From an uncultured Gemmatimonadales bacterium (GTDB taxonomy: Bacteria; Gemmatimonadota; Gemmatimonadetes; Gemmatimonadales; GWC2-71-9), in assembly GCA_963841505.1 (NCBI GenBank), contig CAWJCZ010000005.1, positions 245,333 through 309,332 on the forward strand: a DNA stretch of 64,000 nucleotides, in the 5' to 3' direction. Below, in pieces: positions 61,974 through 64,000 of this stretch. The translations under genes and the position numbers were made by a program. Position 1 is the first letter of the stretch. Each line of letters begins with the position of its first letter. The notes under the pieces were generated by a model that made no database searches, was not told the origin of the DNA, and was given only the letters and a program-made list of their open reading frames with translations.

Positions 61974-62609
61974 ATGTACGCCGTCAAGGAGATCTTCTAC
62001 ACCCTCCAGGGAGAGGGCGCCAATTCCGGCCGCCCGGCGGTGTTCTGCCGGTTTGCCGGCTGCAACCTCTGGACCGGGCGTGAGAAGGACCGGGCCGACG
62101 CGGTGTGCCAGTTTTGCGACACCGATTTCGTGGGGACCGACGGACCGGGCGGAGGCAGCTTCGCGACCGCGGACGCGCTGGCCGATGCGATCCAGTGCTG
62201 CTGGCCGATCGAGAGCGAGTCGAAGGACCGTTTCGTGGTGTGCACGGGGGGAGAGCCGGTGCTTCAGCTCGACGGCGCGCTGGTGGATGCGCTGCACGCG
62301 CGGGGCTTCACGATCGCCCTCGAGACCAACGGCACCCTTCTTCCACCCGACGGCATTGACTGGCTCTGCCTGAGTCCCAAGGCGCGGGCCACGCTGGTGG
62401 TCCAGGCGGGGGACGAGCTCAAGCTGGTGTACCCGCAGGAAGGCGGCGACCCGGAGCAGTACCGGGGGCTCGGGTTCCGGCACTTCTTTCTTCAGCCGAT
62501 GGACGGACCCGACCTGGCCGAGAACACCCGGCGCGCGGTGGCCTACTGCCTGGCCCATCCCGGGTGGCGGCTTTCGCTCCAGACCCACAAGCTGCTGGGG
62601 ATTCCGTAA
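61974..62609 (+). CDS. queE: 7-carboxy-7-deazaguanine synthase (radical SAM)
   Basis: EIFYTLQGEG, CX14CX2C motif, TGGEP, ETNG, SPK, LSLQTHK. Confidence 0.96.
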   Translation: MYAVKEIFYTLQGEGANSGRPAVFCRFAGCNLWTGREKDRADAVCQFCDTDFVGTDGPGGGSFATADALADAIQCCWPIESESKDRFVVCTGGEPVLQLDGALVDALHARGFTIALETNGTLLPPDGIDWLCLSPKARATLVVQAGDELKLVYPQEGGDPEQYRGLGFRHFFLQPMDGPDLAENTRRAVAYCLAHPGWRLSLQTHKLLGIP

Positions 62610-62614
62610 CCCGC

Positions 62615-63229
62615 ATGCATCCACGCGGCTTCAGCGACGCGATCCATCACGCCCTGTCCTTCGCGGCCAAGCACCACCCCGGGCCGGTGTCCCGGAACGA
62701 CCGCCATAACCCGCTGCTCGGCACCGCGAACATCGCGATCATCCTGGCCCATCATCGGGCCGACGAAACCACCATCGTGTCGGCCATCCTCAAACAGCTG
62801 GTGGACGTGACCCCCCAGGACCGGCTCCCCGCGCTCCGCACCGGCATCGCGATGCGCTTCGGCGGCCTGGTCTCGGCGGCGGTGGAGGCGTCGATGGACC
62901 CCCGATTCGATCCTTCGGGACGGGAGCGGGCCTGGAAGGTCACCCGGTTCGAGGTGCTCTCCCATCTCTCGTCCTGCTCCTGGCGGGTGGCCCAGATCTG
63001 GATCGCGACCGAGATCCACGGCTGCGGCCTGGCCCTGACCGACGTCCGGCGGCTGGGCGCCGAATACGCTCGCAGCGTGTCGCCGGCGCCTCCCGAAGAG
63101 CTGCTCTGGTGGTATCGCGCCATGCTGGAAGTCCTGGATTTCCGGGGGGCGGAATTCCAGGGCGGCCTCCTCACCGAGTTCAAGGACCTGAGCCAGCAGG
63201 TCGGGATGTATCTGGGAGCCACGGGGTGA
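62615..63229 (+). CDS. Degenerate HD-domain protein (RelA/SpoT hydrolase / Mesh1-like fold)
   Basis: AL.FAA.HH...A.IL....DE.TI..AIL pattern, but KQLVDVT where HDxxEDT is expected. Confidence 0.65.
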   Translation: MHPRGFSDAIHHALSFAAKHHPGPVSRNDRHNPLLGTANIAIILAHHRADETTIVSAILKQLVDVTPQDRLPALRTGIAMRFGGLVSAAVEASMDPRFDPSGRERAWKVTRFEVLSHLSSCSWRVAQIWIATEIHGCGLALTDVRRLGAEYARSVSPAPPEELLWWYRAMLEVLDFRGAEFQGGLLTEFKDLSQQVGMYLGATG

Positions 63230-63245
63230 GGACTATATTTTCGCG

Positions 63246-64000
63246 ATGTCCTCAGCCTCCATCGATGGCTCTCTGAACCTCCCGAGTGTCTTCGCGGCGG
63301 CGTGCCGGATGGCGCGCTCCGAATCGGAGCTGTTCGAGCGCTGCCGTCAGGTGCTGACCAAGCGATTCGAGACCGAGCACATCTGGCTCAGCGTCGCTCG
63401 GGAGGGCGGTCGCCCCGATCGGGTGGGTGGGTCGGAGGGCTTCGAGGAGTCGGTCGAGGTCAGCCGGTGTCAGACCGGGCCGACCCATATCGCGGTCCAC
63501 ACCTCGCCCGAGCTGGCCGCCACGGTGGAACCGGAAGCGGGGCTGGTGGCGCTGGGACTCGCCATCGTGCTCGAGCTCCGCGCGGTGATCCACGATCGGC
63601 AGATCCAGCTCGACGATTCGGTCTTTCAGCTGAGCGCACTCCGCCAGGTGGCGCGGCTCCTCTCCTCGGTCCACTCCACCGAAGAAACCGAGCGCCTGGT
63701 CCTCGATTTCATGTCGGAGGTCTTCTTTGCCTGGTGGGCGTGCCTCTACCGCCCGGCCGACGGGAAGTACCACCCGCGCCAGTACCGGGCCCAGGATCCG
63801 GGGCTTTCGCCGGAGCCGATCGACATGGATCTGATGGACAGGATCCTGCCCCTGGGAAGCCTGGTGACCGAAGCCAAGGACTCGCCGCTGATCGGAAGCT
63901 TTCCCGCCGGCGCCTCCCTGCTCATCCCGCTGGACACCAGCGAGCAGCGGCATGCCGTGCTGGTTCTGGGGCCTCGTCTCAACCGGGAAGGCTATGGCCA
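63246..64000 (+). CDS. Partial GAF-domain signalling protein (runs off right edge)
   Basis: Open frame from ATG 63246 to the window end (MSSASIDG...QLSALRQVARLLSSVHS...LLIPL...VLVLGPR); TATATT 6 nt upstream; absent from the ORF track because it has no stop. Confidence 0.7.
   Translation, partial: MSSASIDGSLNLPSVFAAACRMARSESELFERCRQVLTKRFETEHIWLSVAREGGRPDRVGGSEGFEESVEVSRCQTGPTHIAVHTSPELAATVEPEAGLVALGLAIVLELRAVIHDRQIQLDDSVFQLSALRQVARLLSSVHSTEETERLVLDFMSEVFFAWWACLYRPADGKYHPRQYRAQDPGLSPEPIDMDLMDRILPLGSLVTEAKDSPLIGSFPAGASLLIPLDTSEQRHAVLVLGPRLNREGYG

Noticed and set aside
55622-62609. que genes as a 7-deazaguanine DNA-modification (dpd) defence island
   Set aside because: No dpdA/tgt-like, helicase or nuclease genes; QueF and housekeeping neighbours indicate tRNA queuosine synthesis.

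Overview
High-GC (about 68%, estimated by eye), gene-dense bacterial chromosomal window of about 55 genes. Gene content and style suggest Gemmatimonadota or another FCB-superphylum lineage (inference). I see no rRNA, tRNA, CRISPR array, prophage or transposase. About a dozen single-base indels, several in G/C runs, split otherwise intact genes and look like long-read assembly errors. Main contents: a Tat-exported Gfo/Idh/MocA oxidoreductase plus DUF1080; two ECF sigma/anti-sigma pairs; SPFH plus a small ribbon-helix-helix gene; a coupled operon of exported hydrolases (penicillin-acylase family, Zn-peptidase, MBL fold); IorAB-type Mo enzyme; two tandem beta-propeller amidohydrolases; an M6 protease; a four-gene candidate sphingolipid operon (spt, bCerS-like GNAT, CerR-like SDR, Aur1/IPT1-like PAP2 protein); two tandem blue-copper lipoproteins; an alternative complex III operon (actABCDEF); ModB/C-like transporter; dinB; gltA; speA; queF/C/E. 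Strongest leads: (1) the ceramide operon with an Aur1-like head-group enzyme, (2) a family of post-stop heptamer/octamer repeats that form hairpins and enter signal-peptide coding sequence, (3) an insertion packed with D-(S/T)-hydrophobic motifs, (4) an ACIII whose ActB keeps an FS0 cysteine motif, near auracyanin-like blue-copper lipoproteins.
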